DNA from: an uncultured Gammaproteobacteria bacterium
GTDB taxonomy: Bacteria; Patescibacteriota; Patescibacteriia; UBA9934
Assembly (NCBI GenBank): GCA_964625515.1
Contig: CAZVBP010000002.1
Span: 1 to 25,536, forward strand
Reading direction: 5' to 3'
Length of the DNA: 25,536 nt
The notes below the pieces were generated by a model that was given only the letters and a program-made list of their open reading frames with translations, was not told the DNA's origin and ran no database searches. This document shows positions 15,998 through 23,323 of this stretch, one piece after another (positions within the stretch are counted from its first letter, which is position 1; each line of letters starts with the position of its first letter). Made by a program: the position numbers and the translations under genes.

Positions 15998-16160
15998 GGT
16001 GAAGGCGGTCAGTCGACCCACGAGAAACTCGACCCTGAACGCATGTGCCATGCCTGCCGGCAGGCAGGAAGGGTCTCTGCCAGTCGGATTGGATACAGGT
16101 AGGCTCGCTCGAGATCCTTCCTTACGTCAGGATCGAATATCGCTCATGATCGCCTTCACC
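15998..16160. repeat. Composite palindromic intergenic element
   Basis: Terminal IRs GGTGAAGGCGGTCA / TGATCGCCTTCACC (1 mismatch) followed by a T7 tract. Internal perfect 16-bp palindrome TGCCTGCCGGCAGGCA (16051-16066) and a GATCCT...AGGATC hairpin. Confidence 0.7.
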
Positions 16161-16185
16161 TTTTTTTCGCTTGATCCTTCACTCA

Positions 16186-17370
16186 CTACCCCCGCACAAA
16201 TCGCCACAAGCGTCGGCCGACTAATTGCTCTTTGTGGTGGTACTCGATGGGCTCGTAGGGGAGGGGTGTGTGCGTGTAGCCAAGGGGTTCGAGGAGCGTG
16301 CGCGCGTCGAAGGCCACGGTGCGGCCGTCGATGTGATGCACAGGCGCGGCAATGAGAAGCACGGCACCGGGTTTGAGTGCGGGAAGGAGCGCGCTGAATG
16401 CTTCGCGATACATGTTTGCCACGTATGCCACGGCATCTTCTACTTCCTGTCGCGTTTCATTCCCGCGACGTGGCCGACCAAGATATGTTTCGGTTACGAT
16501 CGCGTCGATGGACGCGGGCGCAAGATCTTCATGGACGGTTTGTGCTGATTTTGGAAAAAGATGGAACTGCGGCAGCTTGCCTGCGCCAATTTGCTGGAGC
16601 CAACGAAGGTTTGCTTCCGTATCTGCAACAGCTTCGGGATTAATATCGCTGCCCACGAGTGCGTGCGCATCAAGCAGTGCTGCTTCCATGAGAATGGTTC
16701 CGGATCCGCAGAACGGGTCCAGAACTGTTGACGATGCAATATCGACTCCGGCGAGATTCACCATCATGCGTGCGAGCTTTGGGGGGAGCATCCCTTGCTT
16801 GGCATTGCGGCGTGGGCGACCAAAGTCTCGTTCGCTCCACTTGTCGACGTTTTGTACTGCGGCCGTTTTCCCAATGAGGATTTCCGTTGGTGTGATAAGA
16901 AAAACAAACTCCGCGCCTTTGTCGATCAAGCGATTCTTTTGGACGACGACCGATGAAAGCGTTGGCGCTTTCGAGATCACGTATCGTGCGCTACGGCTGA
17001 GTTCTTTGATGCGATTTTTTACTTCGAGCCCGAGGCTTTGCGCGCTTCGTCGTGCATGCTCCGTGTTTTTTGCGTCTCCACCGTCGTACACGCTGATACC
17101 AAATTCGATCTTGCCTTCCGAAACGTCGTTCACAAGATCGCTCGCAAGAAATGTGGCGAGCTCGTCGTGATTCCACGCTGCAACGCTGCCAATGATCACG
17201 CCAAGCTTTTGTGTGCCACCAAGGCGCTCGCATAAAGCCACAAGATTTTCGTCGAGTGCGTCATAAATCGCCACGTCGCCATGCGTGTGGCTTGGTTTCT
17301 GTTTGGAAATCATCGCGATTTCTGCAAGGGAAAGGGTGGGATGACTCCCGAGAATTGCAAATGCGTGCAT
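16186..17370 (-). CDS. Trm11/TrmG10-like (UPF0020) SAM-dependent tRNA guanine-N2 methyltransferase (394 aa)
   Basis: RDFGRP...GMLPPKLARMMVNLA, VLDPFCGSGTILMEA (motif I), GSDINPEAV, IVTETYLG (motif IV-like), and an N-terminal region compatible with a THUMP-type domain. Confidence 0.8.
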   Translation of the reverse strand: MHAFAILGSHPTLSLAEIAMISKQKPSHTHGDVAIYDALDENLVALCERLGGTQKLGVIIGSVAAWNHDELATFLASDLVNDVSEGKIEFGISVYDGGDAKNTEHARRSAQSLGLEVKNRIKELSRSARYVISKAPTLSSVVVQKNRLIDKGAEFVFLITPTEILIGKTAAVQNVDKWSERDFGRPRRNAKQGMLPPKLARMMVNLAGVDIASSTVLDPFCGSGTILMEAALLDAHALVGSDINPEAVADTEANLRWLQQIGAGKLPQFHLFPKSAQTVHEDLAPASIDAIVTETYLGRPRRGNETRQEVEDAVAYVANMYREAFSALLPALKPGAVLLIAAPVHHIDGRTVAFDARTLLEPLGYTHTPLPYEPIEYHHKEQLVGRRLWRFVRG

Positions 17371-17415
17371 AGTAATGAAAGTGTAATTGATTGGGAGAGA
17401 ATAGAGAAACGATGA

Positions 17416-17445
17416 TGCCCCCCAGACGTTGAAGTCCGGGGGGCA
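17416..17445. terminator. Hairpin at the 3' end of the kinase gene
   Basis: TGCCCCCC.GAC-GTTGAA-GTC.GGGGGGCA. Confidence 0.65.
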
Positions 17446-17461
17446 CCGCGTACGCGTTGGG

Positions 17462-19207
17462 TCAGGGAAGGATCTCTGCTGTCACCGAAGGGGACTTGAT
17501 TGGCGTGCCCGGATCGTCGGCGGTCCGGGCGTCCACGTAGTACGTCACCTGCGTTCCCATTGAGGCCGTAGCCTTGATGGTGCTGCGGGCAACGTTTCCG
17601 TTTACTGCCATGGGACGAGATTGCCACGCCCCGCCGCCTTCTCCCCGATACCGGAGGGTGACCGACTTGATCTGTCGGCTGGCCGGCACCGAGACTCTCG
17701 CCTCGATGTTCAGCACGCCTTCAGCGCTCACCGATGTGGGGGCATCGACGAGCGTCACCTTCACCTCCGTGACCGGCGCCGTTTCGGGCGGGGTCACGAT
17801 GGGTTCCGGTGTCCGGTCGGGGACATTGGTTGCAACGGGGCGGGTGACGACGACCGGCGCAGTGATCGGTGCCTGAACGGCCTCGACCACGTCACCTGTT
17901 TCATCGCCACCACCGGTGTCGGGCAGGCCCGAATCCTCCGGTGTTGCGGTGTCTTGCACGAGTGGTGGGACGTACGTGTAGTGCGTCACCACTTCCTCGC
18001 GCTCGATCACATCGGTCGCCCGTGTCTGCGACCACCACCACATCCCCACGATGCCGCCGAGGATCAGCAGCACCACCGCCACACCCACTGGCTGCTTCCA
18101 CCGTGCGGGCGGAGGCTTCCAATCTTCTTCGGCGGTCAGGTAGGTCCCGACCATCCTCTGCACCGGCCTGGGCGTCTCCGGCTTCCGACTCACTTCCGCT
18201 GCCTCTCCATCCGGAATTGCCGTCCCTCCTTCTGGCGCGGGAGTTGCCTGGATCGTGTGCGGGTCCAGCGCGGGAACCATGGTCGCATCATTGCGTGGGA
18301 TGCGCGGCGCAGGATCTTCCGATGCCTGTGCCATCGCATCTTCAACCGCGTGGTGCATTTCTACGGCACTCGCATACCGCCGGGGCACCACGTTGCCATC
18401 GATCCACCCAGCCTCCGCCGCTCGCTCCACGATAGCGCGGATGCGGGGATACGGGATGGATGCGAGCCACTCCGCTCTTTTTTGCGGGTTAATCGTGTCG
18501 CCCATCGTGCTCATTGTGAGCCCTAGCGGGGAGACGCCGACCATTTCCGCAAGCATAACTCCTACAGCGTAGAGATCGGAGCGCGCGGTTGCCAATCGCG
18601 CATTTACCCACTGCTCGAAGGCTACGTATCCTGGCGTGCCCATCTGCTGCCCATCACGGGTGCTTCTTGAGCTGTCGTCGGTTTCTCCCTCGGTGCTCCC
18701 CGCAATTCCGAAGTCCGAAATCATCGGATTCGGCATTCCTTCAAGCACGTACTTGAGGAGAACGTTCGCTGGCTTAAGGTCCCGGTGGAGAATGCCGTTC
18801 TTGTGCGCCTCAATGAGACCATTAAGGATCCATTTCGTGAGGCGTAGCGCTTCGCGTTCGCTCGCTGTCCATTCCTTGAGGTAATCATACAGCGTTGGCC
18901 CTCCGTCAATAGACTCCATGACGATCGCGAGCATATTGTTGGCGACGATCAGGTCACGGGCCCCAACGATGTTCTTGTGTTTGGCGAGTTTCATTGCAAC
19001 TCGCGCTTCCCGTTCGAAGCGACGTCGGGAAATACGGCTCGTGAAGGACGCGTGCATAATCTTGATCGCGACTCGTGTTCCAAGATGCACATGGGTGGCG
19101 AGCCATACTTCTCCAAAACTTCCTACTCCGAGGATGCGTTCCAAACGGTACTTGTCGTGGTCGAGGAGATCTCCCGGTTCATGTGCGGGAGTGTAGTCTT
19201 CGCCCAT
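17462..19207 (-). CDS. Hanks-type membrane Ser/Thr protein kinase with a C-terminal extracytoplasmic Ig-like domain (581 aa)
   Basis: LGVGSFGEVW, VAIK, FEREA, HRDLKPANVLL, SDFGIA, GTPGYVAFEQ, SDLYAVG, TM VGVAVVLLILGGIVGMWWW. SD AAGGAGG lies 4 nt before the ATG. Confidence 0.93.
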   Translation of the reverse strand: MGEDYTPAHEPGDLLDHDKYRLERILGVGSFGEVWLATHVHLGTRVAIKIMHASFTSRISRRRFEREARVAMKLAKHKNIVGARDLIVANNMLAIVMESIDGGPTLYDYLKEWTASEREALRLTKWILNGLIEAHKNGILHRDLKPANVLLKYVLEGMPNPMISDFGIAGSTEGETDDSSRSTRDGQQMGTPGYVAFEQWVNARLATARSDLYAVGVMLAEMVGVSPLGLTMSTMGDTINPQKRAEWLASIPYPRIRAIVERAAEAGWIDGNVVPRRYASAVEMHHAVEDAMAQASEDPAPRIPRNDATMVPALDPHTIQATPAPEGGTAIPDGEAAEVSRKPETPRPVQRMVGTYLTAEEDWKPPPARWKQPVGVAVVLLILGGIVGMWWWSQTRATDVIEREEVVTHYTYVPPLVQDTATPEDSGLPDTGGGDETGDVVEAVQAPITAPVVVTRPVATNVPDRTPEPIVTPPETAPVTEVKVTLVDAPTSVSAEGVLNIEARVSVPASRQIKSVTLRYRGEGGGAWQSRPMAVNGNVARSTIKATASMGTQVTYYVDARTADDPGTPIKSPSVTAEILP

Positions 19208-19307
19208 GGGGCCTCCTTGCCGAGAGTCGGCAAATGGGATGGATGGTTGATGAGAAGGAACAAATCACGCCGGGTGCAGCCGATAAGGGATGCGCGGCGG
19301 ACAGCTG

Positions 19308-19355
19308 AGATTAGCAAAGATTTGTCTTGACGTAAAGGGTTGTGTGGGCTACAGT
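19308..19355. promoter_or_regulatory. Overlapping divergent sigma70-type promoters (kinase / rpsF operon)
   Basis: Plus strand: TTGACG(19327-19332)-17-TACAGT(19350-19355). Minus strand: TTTACG(19336-19331)-17-TAATCT(19313-19308) with an extended TG. Confidence 0.65.
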
Positions 19356-19390
19356 CCCCGCACTAATTCTTGTCCACGGCCCACAGGGTC

Positions 19391-19418
19391 GTCCCGTCGC
19401 TCGCAAGCGACGGGACCG
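19391..19418 (+). promoter_or_regulatory. rpsF 5' leader hairpin (possible S6:S18 autoregulatory element)
   Basis: Perfect 10-bp stem GTCCCGTCGC/GCGACGGGAC followed by CCG, about 10 nt before the rpsF ATG. Confidence 0.4.
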
Positions 19419-19428
19419 AGCAAATCCT

Positions 19429-19914
19429 ATGATCTACGAGATCATGTCTATTATCCCGTCCAAATTCTCGGATTCCGAGATCGACGGTGTTGTGACGAAC
19501 ATTGAAGCGCTGTTTACTGCAGCAGGCGCAAAGATTGAGAAGACCACCAACTTGGGAAAGATTAAGTTGGCATATCCTATCGATCACATCCGTTTTGGCA
19601 CCTACATTCTTACGTACATTACTGTTGACGGGGAAAAAGTGCAGAAGATCGACCAAGATCTTCGCCTTTCCGACGATGTGCTCCGTCACATTATCGTGGC
19701 GCGTCCAGAAGGAATTCCTGCTGCAACGTTCCGCATGGCGTCGTACTTGCCGCCGCTCACTCCAGAAGGTCGTCGTTCCAGCGAGCGCGAAGAGCGCCCA
19801 CGTCAGGAGCGCACCACAGAGGCCGCATCTGCCGAGAAGGCAAAGATGTCCACTGCCGAGCTGAATGATAAGTTGGATCAGATTCTGGACTCGGATATCA
19901 TGAAGAATATATAA
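19429..19914 (+). CDS. rpsF: 30S ribosomal protein S6 (161 aa)
   Basis: YEIMSII, GKIKLAYPI, GTYIL, LRLSDDVLRHIIV, and a charged C-terminal extension. Confidence 0.95.
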   Translation: MIYEIMSIIPSKFSDSEIDGVVTNIEALFTAAGAKIEKTTNLGKIKLAYPIDHIRFGTYILTYITVDGEKVQKIDQDLRLSDDVLRHIIVARPEGIPAATFRMASYLPPLTPEGRRSSEREERPRQERTTEAASAEKAKMSTAELNDKLDQILDSDIMKNI

Positions 19915-19939
19915 GCGATTTCGCTTCATCTTCTCTCCT

Positions 19940-20389
19940 ATGGCCGCATCTCTGAACAAGGCAATGCTTATCGGGAACCTCACGCGCGATCCTGAATTGC
20001 GGAAAACGACGAGTGGCCAGTCGGTGTGTTCGTTCTCTCTGGCGACGAATCGTGTCTATACCGATGCAAGTGGCGTGAAAAAGGATCAACCGGAATATCA
20101 CAACGTTGTTGCATGGGGAAAGCTCGGAGAAATTTGTGCGCAGTATTTAGTGAAGGGAAAGAAGGTATACATTGACGGTCGTATTCAAACGCGTGACTGG
20201 GAGGGCACCGACGGCCAAAAGCGCTATCGCACAGAGATCGTGGCAGAGAACATGATTATGCTCGATAGGGGCGGAAGTCCGATGGCCGGTGGTGCGGCAG
20301 TGCCAATGAGCGCCGGTGCGGCAGCAATGGCCGACGAACCAGCGGCAAATCCCGATGACGAAATAAAGCTCGAAGATATTCCATTCTAA
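19940..20389 (+). CDS. ssb: Single-stranded DNA-binding protein
   Basis: LNKAMLIGNLTRDPELR, EYHNVVAWGKL, GRIQTRDWE, and C-terminal DIPF. Confidence 0.97.
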   Translation: MAASLNKAMLIGNLTRDPELRKTTSGQSVCSFSLATNRVYTDASGVKKDQPEYHNVVAWGKLGEICAQYLVKGKKVYIDGRIQTRDWEGTDGQKRYRTEIVAENMIMLDRGGSPMAGGAAVPMSAGAAAMADEPAANPDDEIKLEDIPF

Positions 20390-20403
20390 ATTGATCTCAC
20401 CGT

Positions 20404-20625
20404 ATGGCAACGCAACAGAAAAATGAACGATACTGTTACTTTTGTGTGAATCGTGACGTAGCAATTGATTATAAGAACACGGAAGTGTTGAAGCGCTTCT
20501 TGTCGTCGTACGGCAAGATTACCGCAAGCAAGCGCAGCGGATTGTGCGCCAAGCACCAGCGCCATGTTTCGAACGAAATCAAGCGCAGCCGCATTATTGC
20601 TCTCCTTCCATTCGTTTTGACCTAA
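20404..20625 (+). CDS. rpsR: 30S ribosomal protein S18 (Zn-binding form)
   Basis: CYFC...IDYKN...LKRFLS..GKI...RSGLCAKHQR...IKRSR..ALLPF. Confidence 0.97.
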   Translation: MATQQKNERYCYFCVNRDVAIDYKNTEVLKRFLSSYGKITASKRSGLCAKHQRHVSNEIKRSRIIALLPFVLT

Positions 20626-20635
20626 GTCCGGCATT

Positions 20636-20660
20636 CAAAAGCAGCGATGAGCTGCTTTTG
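20636..20660 (+). terminator. Terminator after rpsF-ssb-rpsR
   Basis: CAAAAGCAGC-GATGA-GCTGCTTTTG. Confidence 0.75.
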
Positions 20661-20689
20661 TGTTGGAAAGGATATGAAGAACATCTCTT

Positions 20690-21697
20690 ATGGCATTAAC
20701 AAAAAACGATCTTGAAATGCGGGCGGCACTCTGGAACGGTGTGATGGAAAAGATTCGTGAGTTTTTCCGTACACGCGGGTATTGCGAGGTGACGACGCCG
20801 ATTGTGGTGAAATCGCCAGGGATGGAACCAAATTTGAGCCCGTTGGGTGTTGATGTGCATACCGATGGTCCGAATGCGCACACCGAGCGCATGGGGCTCA
20901 TCACAAGCCCGGAGTACAGCATGAAAAAGCTGCTTGGCGGCGGCATGGAGCGCATCTTCACGCTTGCACCAGTGTTCCGTGACCGCGAAATGCCCGGCCA
21001 ACGGTGGAGTATTGAATTCACCATGCTTGAGTGGTACCGCCAAGGCGCAGATTATCGTGAATTGATGACGGAGACTGGGGAATTGATCGATTTTGTGTTG
21101 AGCAAGTTCCCCCCTCCTTACGAAGGAGGGGTAGGGGGAGGTCTGCAGCCATGGGTTCGTATTAGTTACGTCGATGAGTTTGAAAAGAAATTTGGCTTTG
21201 TGCCGCATGAGGAAGATCGTGCTCGGCTGATTGATGCGTGTACGGCGCACGGTGTCGCGACCCCAACTGATGATGAACCGGTTCACGAAATTATTGATCG
21301 ATTATTTCAGACGGTCATTTGGCCAAATGTCGTCACTCGGGGTCGATTTATGCTGTGTGAGTATCCTGTGCCGTGCGCGTCGTTATCAAAAGTAAGTTCC
21401 GATGGACGGTATGCGGAACGATTCGAGACGTTTGTGGGGGAGCTTGAGCTGTGTAATGGGTTTACGGAGTTGACCGATGTTGCAGAGCAGCGCCGGCGCT
21501 TCCTTCTTGAAGCAGAAGAGCGAAGATTGGCGAAAAAAGAAGTGTTCCCAATTGACGAAGAGCTTCTTGCTCGGTTAGAATCCGTGTCGTCACCCACGTA
21601 CGGCAATGCGCTTGGCGTGGACCGTCTCGTCATGCTTGCGGCTGGAGCGAATGATATCGATTCGATTCATCTCTTTCCACCATCGGCTCGATATTAA
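20690..21697 (+). CDS. epmA: EF-P lysyltransferase EpmA/GenX/PoxA (335 aa)
   Basis: IREFFRTRGY.EV.TP, LITSPEYSMKKLL, EFTMLEWYR, AERFE...ELCNGFTELTD..EQRRRF, ALGVDRLVML. It has no anticodon-binding domain and is adjacent to efp. Confidence 0.9.
   Translation: MALTKNDLEMRAALWNGVMEKIREFFRTRGYCEVTTPIVVKSPGMEPNLSPLGVDVHTDGPNAHTERMGLITSPEYSMKKLLGGGMERIFTLAPVFRDREMPGQRWSIEFTMLEWYRQGADYRELMTETGELIDFVLSKFPPPYEGGVGGGLQPWVRISYVDEFEKKFGFVPHEEDRARLIDACTAHGVATPTDDEPVHEIIDRLFQTVIWPNVVTRGRFMLCEYPVPCASLSKVSSDGRYAERFETFVGELELCNGFTELTDVAEQRRRFLLEAEERRLAKKEVFPIDEELLARLESVSSPTYGNALGVDRLVMLAAGANDIDSIHLFPPSARY
21107..21142 (+). repeat. Short palindromic element read in frame inside epmA (FPPPYEGGVGGG)
   Basis: TTCCCCCCTCCTTACGAAGGAGGGGTAGGGGGAGGT, with a 9-bp perfect stem CCCCTCCTT/AAGGAGGGG and a GGGGGAGG tail. 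Confidence 0.7.
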
Positions 21698-21706
21698 TTT
21701 CATTGT

Positions 21707-22273
21707 ATGGCATCACCGAACGATATTAAGAAAGGGACCGTCATCAATTTGGATGGCGACTTGTGGGTCGTGACGAGTTTTCAACGCGTGTCTCCGGGAA
21801 AGGGAAGCTCGTTTGTGCGCACGCGCATTAAATCGTTGTCGTCGGGCAAGGTGGTAGAAAATAATTTCAAATCTGCCGAAACGCTCACGTTTGAACAGGT
21901 GAACAACCGTCGCATGCAGTTTATCTTTGGCGATGCAGACACACTTACCTTCATGGACGGGCAGTCGTACGAACAAATCACCCTTGGGAAGGAGATGGTG
22001 GGTGACGATGCGCAGTACTTGAAAGAAGGTCTCGAAGTCGTGATCATCATGCACGGTGAGAAGGCAATTTCCATGGAGCTTCCGCTCAAGATCGAGTACA
22101 CGATTATGGAAACCGAACCTGCAGTAAAAGGCGACACCGCTTCCGGAAACGTGCTCAAAGACGCAAAAGTTGATAACGGTCTCGTCGTCCGCGTGCCAAT
22201 TTTCATCAAAGAAGGCGACCACGTCCTCGTAAACACCGAATCCGGCGATTACGTGGAGCGTGTTGCGAAGTAA
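21707..22273 (+). CDS. efp: Elongation factor P
   Basis: VSPGKGSSFVRTR (Lys at the modified loop position), FMD..SYEQ, PAVKGDTASG, VPIFIKEGD. Confidence 0.97.
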   Translation: MASPNDIKKGTVINLDGDLWVVTSFQRVSPGKGSSFVRTRIKSLSSGKVVENNFKSAETLTFEQVNNRRMQFIFGDADTLTFMDGQSYEQITLGKEMVGDDAQYLKEGLEVVIIMHGEKAISMELPLKIEYTIMETEPAVKGDTASGNVLKDAKVDNGLVVRVPIFIKEGDHVLVNTESGDYVERVAK

Positions 22274-22297
22274 TTCATCGATAAGAAAAAAACAGAT

Positions 22298-22326
22298 AGG
22301 CGGGGATTTCGTTCCCTGCCTTTTTG
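22298..22326 (+). terminator. Terminator after efp
   Basis: AGGCGGGGA-TTTCGT-TCCCTGCCT followed by a T tract. Confidence 0.75.
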
Positions 22327-22338
22327 TTGAAAGCGAAA

Positions 22339-22386
22339 CGCACCCGGTGGCGGCGACGAGTGCGTCTGCCGACAAGCGCGGGTGCG
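22339..22386. terminator. Hairpin at the 3' end of the minus-strand methyltransferase
   Basis: CGCACCCG...GACG-AGTG-CGTC...CGGGTGCG. Confidence 0.5.
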
Positions 22387-22391
22387 CAGGT

Positions 22392-23207
22392 CTAGAGGTC
22401 GTACACAAAGAGGTGGTGATGTTCCGGGTTCAGGTACTGGTAGATGCCGAGGTCGTGGGAGATGGTTGGCATGAGGCCGAAGCGCCGCCACACCATCTGC
22501 TCCCATCCCGTTGCGGGGAGGAAGCGGCACGGTACCGGGATCTTCTTGGCGGGATCCTGGGTGAAGTGGATCACCCGGTTGTAGAACCAGTCCACCCAGC
22601 ACCCGTAGATGTACCCCGTCATGTCGTTGGTGACGGACTCGATGAAGATCACGCGCCGCCGTGCGAGCCGGAACGTCTCGGCGAGCAGCTTCTCCGGGTC
22701 TTCGCTGTGATGGAAAACGTGGAGCGCGATCACCGTGTTGTACGACTCGCGACGACCGCGGACATGGTTGTTGTGCACCTGCGTGAAGCCGATGCAACGA
22801 TCTCGTCGCCAGTCGATGGCGTCGGCGATCGTCACCTTGTGCCCTTCGCGTGCGATTCGCATGGCGATCTCGCCGCTCCCGCCCCCGAGGTCGAGGACGG
22901 ATCCCGGCGGAATGTGCTTGCGGATCATGCCGAAGGTGCGATCAGCACGGGCGATCATGCAGGCGTCGAGGTTGGTCGTTGCGGGCATGGGCATGCGGAG
23001 CGAGAGTGCCGCCTCGAAGTCGTCGAGCCGGTCGGTACCGGGGATGAGTGACTTGTGGAGGGTATAGGCAAGGAACGAATCCGCATCCCGCTCCGACCAC
23101 CCAAGATGGATGAGCGTTCCGGTGACATGGTGTTCGATGTGCTCTATCACGCGAGGGGTCTTATGCGCGCCCTGGATGATGCGAAGGAGGTCGATGTCGG
23201 TCGTCAT
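22392..23207 (-). CDS. Class I SAM-dependent small-molecule methyltransferase (271 aa)
   Basis: VLDLGGGSGEIA (motif I), VTIADAID, YNTVIALHVFHH..DP..LL.E..RLARRRVIFIE. SD GGAGAGGA lies upstream. Confidence 0.85.
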   Translation of the reverse strand: MTTDIDLLRIIQGAHKTPRVIEHIEHHVTGTLIHLGWSERDADSFLAYTLHKSLIPGTDRLDDFEAALSLRMPMPATTNLDACMIARADRTFGMIRKHIPPGSVLDLGGGSGEIAMRIAREGHKVTIADAIDWRRDRCIGFTQVHNNHVRGRRESYNTVIALHVFHHSEDPEKLLAETFRLARRRVIFIESVTNDMTGYIYGCWVDWFYNRVIHFTQDPAKKIPVPCRFLPATGWEQMVWRRFGLMPTISHDLGIYQYLNPEHHHLFVYDL

Positions 23208-23249
23208 GGTGTCCTCTCCGGTGTTCGGGGGTGGTGAACCGAACGGAAA

Positions 23250-23316
23250 ACGATATCATGAAACCGACCCGTTGTCAACAATAAATGATGACAGAAATAG
23301 CGATTGATGCTATATT
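23250..23316. promoter_or_regulatory. Back-to-back sigma70-type promoters (methyltransferase / TrmB-like gene)
   Basis: Minus strand: TTGACA(23278-23273)-17-TATCGT(23255-23250) with an extended TG. Plus strand: ATGACA(23288-23293)-17-TATATT(23311-23316) with an extended TG, ending 7 nt before ATG 23324. Confidence 0.6.
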
Positions 23317-23323
23317 CAAATAT

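Noticed and set aside
16352-18526. ORFs 16352..17170 (+), 17621..18526 (-) and 17869..18435 (+)
   Set aside because: They are alternative frames of the Trm11-like and kinase genes.
20674-20715. SD-preceded (AAAGGA) out-of-frame 13-codon ORF overlapping the epmA start
   Set aside because: It could be a regulatory uORF, but a single short occurrence is compatible with chance and there is no other support.
21713-23051. ORFs 21713..22408 (-) and 22260..23051 (+)
   Set aside because: They are antisense to efp and the methyltransferase.
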